Assembly (NCBI RefSeq): GCF_006345805.1
Contig: NC_043018.1
Location: forward strand, 23,126,001-23,190,000
Source: Octopus sinensis
Taxonomy: Eukaryota
Direction: 5' to 3'
Length of the DNA: 64,000 nucleotides
The notes beneath the pieces were generated by a model that was not told the origin of the DNA, did no database searches, and saw only the letters and a list, made by a program, of their open reading frames with translations. The number at the start of each line of letters is the position of its first letter. Position 1 is the stretch's first letter. The position numbers and the translations under genes are program-made. This document shows, piece by piece, positions 1-32,900 of the stretch.

Positions 1-79
1 AGCAGTAACAGCAGCAGTAGCAGCAGCAGCATCTCACGTGTAAGATCAATATCCCACTGTGGTTTTCATTTTAGTTTTA

Positions 80-375
80 TAGAGTATCAAAACGAACAGC
101 TTTGTCAGGCAGCAAGTCAACAAATACGCAAACAGATAGGAGCCACTCCTTGCGCAGGTAAAAAATGACGACATCTTCCCTGGTACGGCCATGTATCCTG
201 CCACAATTCCCTGTCGAAAACCATTCTTCAGGACACAGTTGAGGATCGGCGAAAGAGAAACAAACAGAGAAGGTCCTGGTTTGACACATCGAGGACTGGA
301 CAGGTGACAAAACAGCGAATCTGCTACGCATAACAGAGAAAAGAGACCAGCGGCTGACTATTGAAAGCTTCTAGA
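80..375 (+). mobile_element. Decayed RTE-clade LINE, ORF2 C-terminal remnant
   Basis: With frameshifts/stops it reads KTNSFVRQQV..EPLLAQVK..WYGHVSCHNSLSKTILQDTVEDRRKRNKQRRSWFD-IEDWTG, the typical WYGHV...GRRKRGR..W tail of RTE ORF2. Confidence 0.75.
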
Positions 376-403
376 GTGACACCCCAACAACTGGCTGCAC
401 CAG

Positions 404-633
404 TTAATCCTTTAGCAATCAAATTATTTAGACAAATGTTCTGCCTATAAAGTCACATTGTTTTGAATTAATCCAGCTTTGTCTCGTAGCAACAAGATTT
501 TGAGTACGTGTTTCTTTTATTTTTAGAATGACATTGTAAGATATGAGTGAGAGATCAGATCTGGCAAACTTGAACATAACACAAGGTTGACTATTTGAGC
601 CCGATGTGGCCTGTTGAAACACTAAAGGGTTAA
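404..633. mobile_element. piggyBac-type MITE (TTAA-flanked, CCCTTTAG-like TIRs)
   Basis: ttaa|tcctttagca ... actaaaggg|ttaa. Internal sequence resembles the copies at 23.6, 33.6 and 59.4 kb. Confidence 0.6.
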
Positions 634-687
634 AGGATTTTGATGGGGATGACGAGAGTATCATTAATTGTTAGTGAACTTAAAGTA

Positions 688-867
688 TTTGTAGATTTGA
701 AAAGGGTCAGTCAGTTGGGTCTTTGTAGATTTGAAGAGAAGGGTCAGTCAGTTGGGTCTTTGTAGATTTGAAGAGAAGGGTCAGTCAGTTGGGTCTTTGT
801 AGATTTGAAGAGAAGGGTCAGTCAGTTGGATCTTTGTAGATTTGAAGAGAAGGGTCAGTCAGTTGGG
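688..867. repeat. 37-bp tandem repeat, about 5 copies (ctttgtagatttgaagagaagggtcagtcagttgggt)
   Basis: Units start at 721, 758, 795 and 832, with a shortened first copy from ~688. Confidence 0.9.
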
Positions 868-1036
868 CAGTAGTCTGGATGTGTTCATGGCTGAGCTTTC
901 GCCGGTCGAACTCCTCGCTTTCAGAGAGCAACAGTCCAATAAATAAAGGGAAAGTTTACGAAAATAAACAAAAGACGAAGGCAGGTGGTGTACAAACAAA
1001 CAGATGTATTAGTATAGCGCTCAGGAATAGAAAAAG

Positions 1037-1074
1037 TCTTTTACGTTTCGAGCCTACGCTCTTCGACAGAAAGA
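1037..1074 (-). ncRNA. Minimal type-I hammerhead ribozyme motif (core mutated) in a Penelope-like repeat relic
   Basis: Minus strand reads TCTTT-CTGTCGA-A-GAGC(GTAG)GCTC-GAAAC-GTA-AAAGA, giving stem I, stem II, GAAA core and a GUA cleavage triplet. Confidence 0.6.
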
Positions 1075-2490
1075 TACACAGAAAAAAAACAAGGAGAGAA
1101 AAAAGTGCGTGTATGAGCTAACGATCTATCATGGCGTCCTCGATCCACAACCAGCACTTATCGAATTCATGTTACTCCTTTTATCGATGGAGATTGCAAG
1201 ATAATGAGATCTTAAGATTTTAGTTGGTTTCTGTTGTATTTTTTAATGAAATACACTTAATTTTGAAAAAAAAATCTTGCTTCTCACAATATAGGAACAC
1301 TTCTCATGGCTCCAACAAATAAAATGGAAAAAGCGCTGCCCTGGAGGATGGTGAGGGAGAGGCGCATCTTTATCTTTTTTTTTTTTTTTTACTTGTTTCG
1401 GTCACTGGGCTGCGGCCATGCTGGGGCACCGCCTTGAAAGGCTTAGTCGAATAAATCGACACCAGGACTTAATTTTTTTTAAAGCCTGATACTTATTCTA
1501 TCGGCTCACGTTTAACACACCGCTAAGTTACAGGGACGTAATTAAACTAACACTGGTTGTCAAGCGTTGGTGGCGTAAAAATCACACATGTATGTATGAA
1601 TATTGGCCAGTGGCTATAGTAGAAGACATTTGCCCAAAGTGATAAGCAATTAGAATGAACCGGAAACAATGTGGTTTAAGAGCAAAACTTCTAATTACTC
1701 AGCTATGCCTGTATCTATTGAAATTTTACGTGCAAATTTCTTTTTTTAATCCGTTCTAAGTCGAAACTGAAATTAGCAAGAAGGAAAAAAATCAATCCAA
1801 GGGAAACAATTCTAATTATTTATTTATAATTGTCTCCCTTGCTCCATACATGTATTCGCCACCATTTTCTTTTTTTATTTTGCTTCATATTTCGTTTTAC
1901 GGCAAACCGTAAATTCTAAGTGACTCGACATCAATCAGGAAATCTTTAAAACTATTCAAAATAAAAAGAGAAACGGAGCTCCGATTTAGTGGTCTTGAAG
2001 GGAAATGTATAAAATATTTTTAAAATAAAAACTGCCGTAATCGATTTGATTGTAATAAAAACAATCTAACGACAGTTGGTAAACAGTAGGCAATCTCGTT
2101 TATGGAAGCACCACCCTCCATCGCGGGTTCATAGTGGAACACTTCTTCCTTCTTCGCGTTGTTATCGTTTCTTGTCTTAAAAATTGCTAATTGACGCAGG
2201 CAAATATGTGAGAATAATAGAACGAAGAAGGAAAGATCTTTCTACACTCGCTCATCCATCATAGATACCTTCTTTGTTGTCGCCTGAAATATTCCACGTA
2301 ACGCGAAACTCCGCGTTACAATGCAGTGAATTATCAACTCAGAAATTAAAAACAAAACTAAAACTTTGCTATATGTTCTGAGTAATCTTTACTGCCGTTT
2401 GTATATATACACCCAAGCGTGTATATATATATATATATGTATATATAGATCTATATATATTTTATATGCATAACGGAACTTAGTCAAAGA

Positions 2491-23150
<20,660 letters not shown>

Positions 23151-23279
23151 TCTCCAATCCTTTTCCTGACCCCGTTTCTGATGATATACACTTCCTCCTG
23201 TGTATTTCAGTTGTTGAAAATAAGGAAGATTTGGAGGGATTTAGCATGAAAATGTAACTAACTCTGTCATTACGAAGAA

Positions 23280-23503
23280 CCCTTTTGATACCAAACCCCC
23301 CTAGACCACTCCTGATTCAATGTTATAGAATCTGGGTTTTAAAGTGAACGAAATTAAAACTTTCCATTAAAATTTCATTTTTATATTATATTCCAAAGAC
23401 CAGCTGAATAACGATGGAGTTATTTTACTATGTTCCTTATTATTTTTTAAATTAATCAAAAGAAAAACTGTGATTCTAACTAATATGGTAACAAAAGGGT
23501 TAA
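23280..23503. mobile_element. piggyBac-type MITE
   Basis: cccttttgatacc ... ggtaacaaaaggg|ttaa. Confidence 0.6.
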
Positions 23504-23638
23504 AACTGTGTTTGGAGCATAATTTTACAAAATGTTCTTAAATACAATTAAAAAGGAATGCTATAATTTAATTAAACGGTGGGTTTCGTATGGTAGAACC
23601 AAAGGCTGTATCAAGCTAGTGTTGGTATCAAATAAAGG

Positions 23639-23853
23639 TTAACCCTTTAGCATCTAAATTGATCATATCCAGCCAGTATATCTGCCTCTTTTATTTTTCA
23701 AACTGGCCAGATCCAACATTTCACACCTACCTTACAATGTCATTGTAAAAATAAGCAATCACATCACTGAAATCTTGAAGCCACAAGATAATGCATAATT
23801 AATTGAAAATTATGAATACATTTGACAGAGTAATCTGAATGCTAAAGGGTTAA
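23639..23853. mobile_element. piggyBac-type MITE with intact TTAA at both ends
   Basis: ttaa|ccctttagcat ... atgctaaaggg|ttaa. Confidence 0.75.
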
Positions 23854-25918
23854 TAATACCTTAATTAACCTCATTAAGCTGATTTTCTTTCAATACTATT
23901 AATTCTTGTTTCTCCCCAGTGCAATTAATACCAAACCCCCCAATCTATTCCAGCATTAGTCTTTCCTATGGCTGAGTATACCATGCCCTCTTGTTTGGAC
24001 TCTTTTCATAACATGTTCAGATGTTGCTGTAGTCTTCCTGTACGGCCAAACACTTAGCGACACTTTAGTTTTGTCGTCGTTAACCAACATAACAACAACA
24101 ACAACACAGGTATATTTTTGCTTAACAGATTTTTCCAAAATACTTACATAAAATGGAATTGGTCCTCCCCACCATCATCACCCAACAAAATATGAAGAGC
24201 AATTTTAAAAATAAATATATTTTAATTTAACTGTTTCCCAGTTCACGGCTGCAGGTAGCGTTGTGGAGTGGATGCTGATACTGTACATACATATTTAACA
24301 ATTCTAACGCGCTCCCTTTCTCATTCTCTCTTTTTCTATAAGCTTGCTTCCCAACCACATGGTTCCAGGTTCGGTCCTACACCATGACACCTTGGACAAG
24401 TGTCTTTTACTATAGCCTTGGGCCAACCAAAGCCTTGTGAATAGATTCGATTGACCGAAAAACAACTGGTGTTGTTTTGTTTACGTCCCTGTAACTACGT
24501 AGTTCAGCAAAAGAAACCAATTGAATAAGGACCTGACTTTCAAAACAAATATGTACTGGGGTTTATTCATTTGATTAAAAATCTTTCAAAGCACTACTCC
24601 AGCATAGCCACAGTCTAATGACTGAAGCAAGTTAAAGATATTATTATTATTATTATTAAGACAGCAAGCTGGCAGAATCATTAGCACACCAGGCAAAATG
24701 CTTAGCGCCATTTCATCTGTGTCTATGTTCTGAGTTCAAATTCTGTTGAGGTTAACTTTGCCTTCCATCCTTTTGGGGTTGATAGACTAAAGTACCAGTG
24801 AAACACTGGATTCGATGGTCCCCTCTCGCCCAAAATTTCAGGCTTTGTGGCCTTGAGTAGAAAGGATTAATATTATTTAGGCGGTGATCCGGCAGAATCA
24901 TTCGCATGTTAGACCAAACACTTAGTGCTATTTCTTCTGGTTTTGCATTCTGAGCTCCAATACACCAAGATGAACTTCTGATGAATCAATAAAATAAATA
25001 CTAATTGAGCACTGGGGTCAATTTAATCAACTGTTCCCCACCTCCAAAATGTCAGACCTTGTGCCTACAGTAGAGAGGAAAAATTATTATTATTATTACT
25101 GTTCTGGACTCGGAAAGAGTTAATTCATATCCCTTTTATTTATTGTGTGGGTGTGTAAATGTATGAGTATATATATCACTTTGTATGTGTGTGACTGCAT
25201 GCGTGTATGCATGAACATGTGTGCATGTGTAAATATATATATATTATACGTTTCAGAGCACATGCGTGAATGTATAAATGCATGTCTGTATATAGTATAT
25301 ATATTTTTTTTTTCAGTTATTCAATATAAATTAAAATAAATTCTTGGCTGAATTTTCTTTTTGCTTTTTTTTTCTTTTATATTTATTTTCTACACATGGC
25401 GGTGCCCCAGTATGGCCACAGCTCGTGAGCTGAAACTAGATAAAATAAAATAAATAAATAAACATGAAAGCATATCCCCAAATGGTTAAGATATTATTCT
25501 TTTGACCATAAGATTTTGGCTTCAATTCTTAGACTAGATGGTGCATTATGTCCTTGGGCAAGACACTTCATTACACATTGCTCTACATGTATAAAAGACC
25601 CCTTTGGTCATGAATGACCATGGAATTGCAGCTAGAATGTTATCCTTCGAGGCACAAGTCTGGGCAAGGTTGTTTATGGAAGACCAGCAGTCGCCCAAGC
25701 ATACCAGCCGCCACTCTCCATGCCGCCAATGTTATCCAAGGGAAAGGCAAAGGCTGATACAGCTTGGCATCAATGATGTCGCAACTCATTTCTACAGCTG
25801 AGTGAACTGGAAAACTGCTGGTCTTCCATAAACAACCTTGCTCAGAGGGGTACTTTTTAGGTGCAGTCCCATGGTCATTCATGACTGAAGGGAGGGTCCT
25901 TTAGCTTTTATATATAAA

Positions 25919-26193
25919 ACTAGCAGTATCACCCGGCGTTGCTCGGGTTTGTAAGGGAAATAACTATATAAGCATTTTTAGAGAGTTATAGCAAAAAAAT
26001 GCATTAAAATGGGGAAAAATGATGGTAAATTTTTTTTTAAATCGTAGACGCGCGCTAATACCCAGAAGGGCTTGATATGAATCACGACTATAAGATACCC
26101 GCTTTTGGTTAAACTGCACCGCAAAATGTGGGAGTAGTTAGGAATCTAAATCGTAGGAGACAGACACACAACTTCAGTTTTATATATAAAGAT
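25919..26193 (+). mobile_element. Non-autonomous Helitron/Helentron-like element
   Basis: Starts actagcagtatcacccggcgttgctcggg (subterminal hairpin) and ends gacagacacacaac..ttttatatataaagat. This architecture is recalled from Lep1/DINE-like elements and needs a library search. Confidence 0.5.
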
Positions 26194-26589
26194 AGTCAGA
26201 CATTAAATTGAAGAATCACTCAAAGCCTTTCACTGGAATAGTACATTTATTTCGGTTTTACAAGGAAAAGGATGATGGTTACTTTCAAGTGTTGGCTGTG
26301 TTGACTGCATAGCAAAAACTTCAAAATAAATGTCAACCATTACCTTGTAAAAATTATACACAGAAAGCAGTCATGGATTGACCTGCAGCCTGCGGGCCAC
26401 ACACAGCTTGCATCACTTTCTGAATGGCACACTTAATAAAAAATTACCTTCACTCACTCAATGATGAGTCATATCTCACAGGCCCACTTCTTGAAAATGG
26501 TTGCCCATGCCTGGTAAACACACACACGCACATACATATGTACACACATACATGAGTAGAGGGTGTAACTCCAATCCTAACACACCCTA

Positions 26590-26957
26590 TTAACTACTAC
26601 TAGCAGCAGCTGTGGCCACAGTCTCCTTGTTGCTCTCCTCTTCAGCAAGAACCTCACCACACTCAAAGCGAACAAAGTCCTGAACCGTTATCGACATATC
26701 TGACAAGTATTGTCCGACAGTCTTGCTACTGTCGAGCAGGAACTCCTGGAAGATCAGAACATTCTCTTGGTCCTTGTCTGCGTGTGGTTCATCGCAATCG
26801 GGATTTCCGACCTTGGTAGGGTTCATACCGACAATGTGTTGCGCCAAACGCTGCCCTGCTTCTACCACGTTCTGCTCAGGCACTTCATCCGACGTTGGTT
26901 TAATTGTAACGATGGCAGCAAATTTACCAACGGCGCAGTCTGTTACTTTAGCTAAAC
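26590..26957 (-). CDS. TSFM: EF-Ts coding exon 5 (last)
   Basis: gtttcag| acceptor; [17 protein letters not shown]...[15 protein letters not shown]...SSS* ending in TAA. Confidence 0.95.
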
Positions 26958-29900
26958 CTGAAACAGAGGAAATAATGGTAAGTAAGCAAAACACATCTGT
27001 CTCTCTCTGACGCACACAAATTGCATTGCCAGTCTAGGAATCAAAACCATGATTCTGCGATCGGGAGTGCAACACCGAATTCGCATCATCAGTTTGGAAC
27101 CCCTATCTTGCTCAGAACATTGACCTCCTGGAATCTGTTCAGAGACGTGCAACCAAACGCATACCCTCCATCAGACACCTACCATATTCTGAGCGCCTTG
27201 TTTCCCTGGGCATGGATTCACTGAAGCTCCGGCGTCTGGCGACGGACTTGGTAAACGCCCACAAAGTTGTCAACCGCCTCACCAACAACAACACTGAACA
27301 CCTTTTTGATCTCCATGTGTCTAACACACGTGGACATGCCTACAAAGTCAGAAAACAGCACAGCTCCCATGACTTTCGGAAACATTTCTTCACACTCAGA
27401 GTTGCTGAAGCATGGAATAAACTGCCTGCGTCAGTTGTTGACTGCCACGACACTGCATCCTTTAAGGCCCTCATGCTTTCCGAAATCCGTCGAAACTACA
27501 CCTGATTATATATACACTTTCGATGAGTTGTAGTGCACCTGAGCACTGTACACAATGTTTATTATTATTATTATTATTATAACCACTAGGCTATGAATCC
27601 TCGTTAGTTTGAGATATATATCAAGAAAAAGAAATATGACAGTCACTAGTGGAACACATTTGATCAGAGCTTTGTTGGATCAAGACTGACCTAGGGCTAA
27701 AAAAAACAAGTACTGACCTTGTGTTGAGTGTACGTATGACCCTAGCCAGGTGGATGGTGATAATGCTGTCTGGAGGTAAGCTGCTCTTCGGAGAGCCATG
27801 TTTTCTCCTATGTTACCAACCTCTTTAGCGACCTTGTCCCCTAAAGAGTTTGATCCATGAACGATTTGGTTCACCTGCTCTTTATTCAGTAACATCTGTA
27901 AGAGTGAAGGAAGGGAGGAATAACTGAATGAAAGAATGAGTGAATGAATAATTGAATGAAGGAAAGAATAACTGAATGAGTGAATGAATGAAGGAAGAAA
28001 TAAATGAATGAATAATTAAATGAACAAATGAGTGAATGAATAATTGAATGAAGGAAAGAAGGAAGGAATAACTGAATGAGTGAAGGAAGGAATAACTGAA
28101 TGAATGAATAATTAAATGAACAAATGAGTGAATGAATAATTGAATGAAGGAAAGAAGGAAGGAATAACTGAATGAGTGAATGAAGGAAGGAAGGAATAAC
28201 TGAATGAATGAATAATTAAATGAACAAATGAGTGAATGAATAATTGAATGAAGGAAAGAAGGAAGGAATAACTGAATGAGTGAATGAAGGAAGGAAGGAA
28301 TAACTGAATGAATGAATAATTAAATGAACAAATGAGTGAATGAATAATTGAATGAAGGAAAGAAGGAAGGAATAACTGAATGAGTGAAGGAAGGAATAAC
28401 TGAATGAATGAATAATTAAATGAACAAATGAGTGAATGAATAATTGAATGAAGGAAAGAAGGAATGAATGAGTGAATGAAGGAAGGAAGAAATAAATGAA
28501 TGAATGAATAATTAAATGAACAAAAGAAGGTAGGAATAACTGAATGAGTGAATGAAGGAATAACTGAATGAATGAATAATTAAATGAACAAATGAGTGAA
28601 TGAATAATTGAATGAAGGAAAGAAGGAAGGAAGGAATAACTGAATGAGTGAATGAAGGAAGGGAGGAATAACTGAATGAATGAATAATTAAATGAACAAA
28701 TGAGTGAATGAATAATTGAATGAAGGAAAGAAGGAATGAATGAGTGAATGAAGGAAGGAAGGAATAACTGAATGAATGAATAATTAAATGAACAAATGAG
28801 TGAATGAATAATCGAATGAAGGAAAGAAGGAAGGAATGAGTGAATGAAGGAAGGAAGAAATAAATGAATGAATGAGTGAATAACAAAATGAAGGAATGAA
28901 AGAATGACTTAAATGAGTGAGCGAATGTCTGAATGAATAAACAGATTGATAGATAGAGCAAGCAAGAAAACAAAAATCACAAGAAATTGTTTGAATTGTA
29001 ATAGAAATTTTGGTCAATTAAAATATTCCCAGGATCACTACTTACTTTATTTTGTGCAGAATTATTGAAATAGTCTTGGCAACATGTTGACAGATTTTTG
29101 ACAAGTTCTTGGAACTTTTCATTCCGAGCAACAAAATCAGTTTCACAATTCAACTGAAAAAAAAAAAGACATAAATATTACAAAAAAAAAAAAAGAAAAA
29201 AAACTGGAGTGGCTGTGTGGTAAGTAGCTTGCTAACCAACCACATGGTTCCGGGTTCAGTCCCACTGCGTGGCATCTTGGGCAAGTGTCTTCTGCTATAG
29301 CCTCAGGCCGACCAATGCCTTGTGAGTGGATTTGGTAGACGGAAACTGAAAGAAGCCTGTCGTATATATGTATATATATATATAAGTGTGTGTGTATATG
29401 TTTGTGTGTCTGTGTTTGTCCCCCTAGCATTGCTTGACAACCGATGCTGGTGTGTTTACGTCCCCGTCACTTAGCGGTTCGGCAAAAGAGACCGATAGAA
29501 TAAGTACTGGGCTTGCAAAGAATAAGTCCCGGGGTCGATTTGCTCGACTAAAGGTGGTGCTCCAGCATGGCCACAGTCAAATGACTGAAACAAGTAAAAG
29601 AGTAAAAGAGTAATAATGTTGCTTATCATGTAGTCATCGTCCATCAAGTTTTAGCCATCAAAAAACTACAGCAATATGGCATAGCTCATCTATGAAAAAC
29701 TACAGCAATATGGCATAGCTCATCTATGAAAAACTACAGCAATATGGCATAGCTCATCTATGAAAAACTACAGCAATATGGCATAGCTCATCTATGAAAA
29801 ACTACAGCAAATGGCATAGCTCATCTATGAAAAAACTACAGCAATATGGCATAGCTCATCTATGAAAAACTACAGCAGTATGGCATAGCTCATCTATGAA

Positions 29901-32900
29901 AAACTACAGCAATATGGCATAGCTCATCTATGAAAAACTACAGCAATATGGCATAGCTCATCTATGAAAAACTACAGCAAATGGCATAGCTCATCTATGA
30001 AAAACTACAGCAATATGGCATAGCTCATCTATGAAAAACTACAGCAATATGGCATAGCTCATCTATGAAAAACTACAGCAATATGGCAAGCTCATCTATG
30101 AAAAACTACAGCAATATGGCATAGCTCATCTATGAAAAACTACAGCAATAGGGGCATAGCTCATCTATGAAAAAATACAGCAATATGGCATAGCTCATCT
30201 ATGAAAAACTACAGCAATATGGCATAGCTCATCTATGAAAAACTACAGCAATATGGCATAGCTCATCTATGAAAAACTACAGCAATATGGCATAGCTCAT
30301 CTATGAAATACTACAGCAATATGGCATAGCTCATCTATGAAAAACTACAGCAATATGGCATAGCTCATCTATGAAAAACTACAAGCAATATGGCATAGCT
30401 CATCTATGAAAAACTACAGCAATATGGCATAGCTCATCTATGAAAAACTACAGCAATATGAATAGCTCATCTATGAAAAAATACAGCAATATGGCATAGC
30501 TCATCTATGAAAAAATCAGCAGCAAATGGCATAGCTCATCTATGAAAAACTACAGCAATATGGCATAGCTCATCTATGAAAAACTACAGCAATATGGCAT
30601 AGCTCATCTATGAAAAAACTACAGCAATATGGCATAGCTCATCTATGAAAAACTACAGCAATATGGCATAGCTCATCTATGAAAAACTACAGCAATATGG
30701 CATAGCTCATCTATGAAAAACTACAGCAATATGGCATAGCTCATCTATGAAAAAACTACAGCAATATGGCATAGCTCATCTATGAAAAAACTACAGCAAT
30801 ATGGCATAGCTCATCTATGAAAAACTACAGCAATATGGCATAGCTCATCTATGAAAAACTACAGCAATATGGCATAGCTCATCTATGAAAAACTACAGCA
30901 ATATGGCATAGCTCATCTATGAAAAACTACAGCAATATGGCATAGCTCATCTATGAAAAACTACAGCAATATGGCATAGCTCATCTATGAAAAATACAGC
31001 AATATGGCATAGCTCATCTATGAAAAACTACAGCAATATGGCATAGCTCATCTATGAAAAAATACAGCATATGGCATAGCTCATCTATGAAAAACTACAG
31101 CAATATGGCATAGCTCATCTATGAAAAACTACAGCAATATGGCATAGCTCATCTATGAAAAACTACAGCAATATGGCATAGCTCATCTATGAAAAACTAC
31201 AGCAATATGGCATAGCTCATCTATGAAAAACTACAGCAATATGGCATAGCTCATCTATGAAAAACTACAGCAATATGGCATAGCTCATCTATGAAAAACT
31301 ACAGCAATATGGCATAGCTCATCTATGAAAAACTACAGCAATATGGCATAGCTCATCTATGAAAAACTACAGCAATATGGCATAGCTCATCTATGAAAAA
31401 ACTACAGCAATATGGCATAGCTCATCTATGAAAAACTACAGCATATGGCATAGCTCATCTATGAAAAACTACAGCAATATGGCATAGCTCATCTATGAAA
31501 AACTACAGCAATATGGCATAGCTCATCTATGAAAAACTACAGCAATATGGCATAGCTCATCTATGAAAAACTACAGCAATATGGCATAGCTCATCTATGA
31601 AAAACTATAGCAATAGTCTACTTCATTTTACCCATCCTTAGGGCATTCAGCCGTAGAAACCAAGTCAAAACAGAGCCTGGTGCAGGTCTCCGGCTTACAA
31701 GCCCCAGTCAAACCATCTCACTCATGCCTGCATAAAAAATATACACTAAATGATAAAAATCCTGTTATTGTTCTCTATACCACACACTACTTGGGTTTTC
31801 ATGTACCCCATTTAGTCGGTGAACCCTTGACCCAGTATAAATTTCTATTGCATAATATAGTTTATGTGTAGGCACATGGCCTAGTGGTTAGAGCAGCAGA
31901 CTCATGGTCGAGGGATCGCAGGTTCGAATCTCAGACCAGGTGATGTGTGTGTTTATGAGCGAAACACCTAAGCTCCATGCGACTCCAGCAGAAGGTAATG
32001 GTGAACTTCTGCTGACTCTTTTGCCACAACTTTCTCTCACTCTTTCCTCCTGCATTTTGCAGCTCACCTGCGACGGACCGGCATCCCATCCAGGTGGGGA
32101 ACTTATACGCCAAGGAAACCAGGAAACCGGCCCTTATGAGCCAGGCATGGCTCAAGAAGGAACAAATAATATAATTTATACAATGCATGCTGCAGCACTG
32201 GGATGTTGATTTACTTACTCAAAAACTCCGATACTCCAACAGCCACATTTGACAAACCCCATGCATAGATCAATGTGTTGCAAAATTTTTCAGGATATCC
32301 CTTCATTTGCCATTTTCAGATAAGCCAGAAGCAAATCAGCCAAAATAGCTAATCATAAAATCTCAAGAAGAGACTGAGTAGTAAAGCCAGTAGCCACATC
32401 AGAATGACAGATGAATGTTACTACTTGTTTAACCCCAGGCAGATTCTCCACCAGCTGGTTTTTCAGTGTAACACTCTACACCCTTAATATACAATACATT
32501 GCTAGCATTCTGTAAATGTCTCCCTAGTGCAGCATAGCAAGGGAGCTTCCTAGTTAAAAAATAAAGCAAAACAGTTCACCTCATTATCTTCTGCCTCAAA
32601 AACTCTAGCAATGGTTAGTCCACATTTCTCCATAAAGAGCAGGGGCACATTTTCTCAGACATATATATTTCTCCCTGGATGGGATGCCAGACTGTCACAG
32701 AATTACTCATTTTTGCAAGTTGAGTGGACGGGAGCAATGAGAAATGAAGTGTTTTGCTCAAGAACATAACACGTCACCCAGTCCAGTAATCAGAACCACA
32801 AGCTTACAATCATGAGTCCAACACCCTAACCACTGAGCCATACGCCTCTGCTCTAGTAATAGCTTACTTTATCATCATCATCTTTTAACATCCATCTTCC

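Noticed and set aside
26952-27015. N-terminal [19 protein letters not shown] of ORF 26590..27015 as the TSFM start
   Set aside because: This is intronic read-through. The true exon begins at the acceptor at 26957 and matches the phase-1 donor of exon 4.
28512-28973. 153-aa HSFI-repeat protein
   Set aside because: It is a translation of the GAAT/GAAG repeat inside a TSFM intron.
29660-31615. CRISPR array
   Set aside because: The units are head-to-tail with no unique spacers, there are no cas genes, and the context is a eukaryotic intron. It is a minisatellite.
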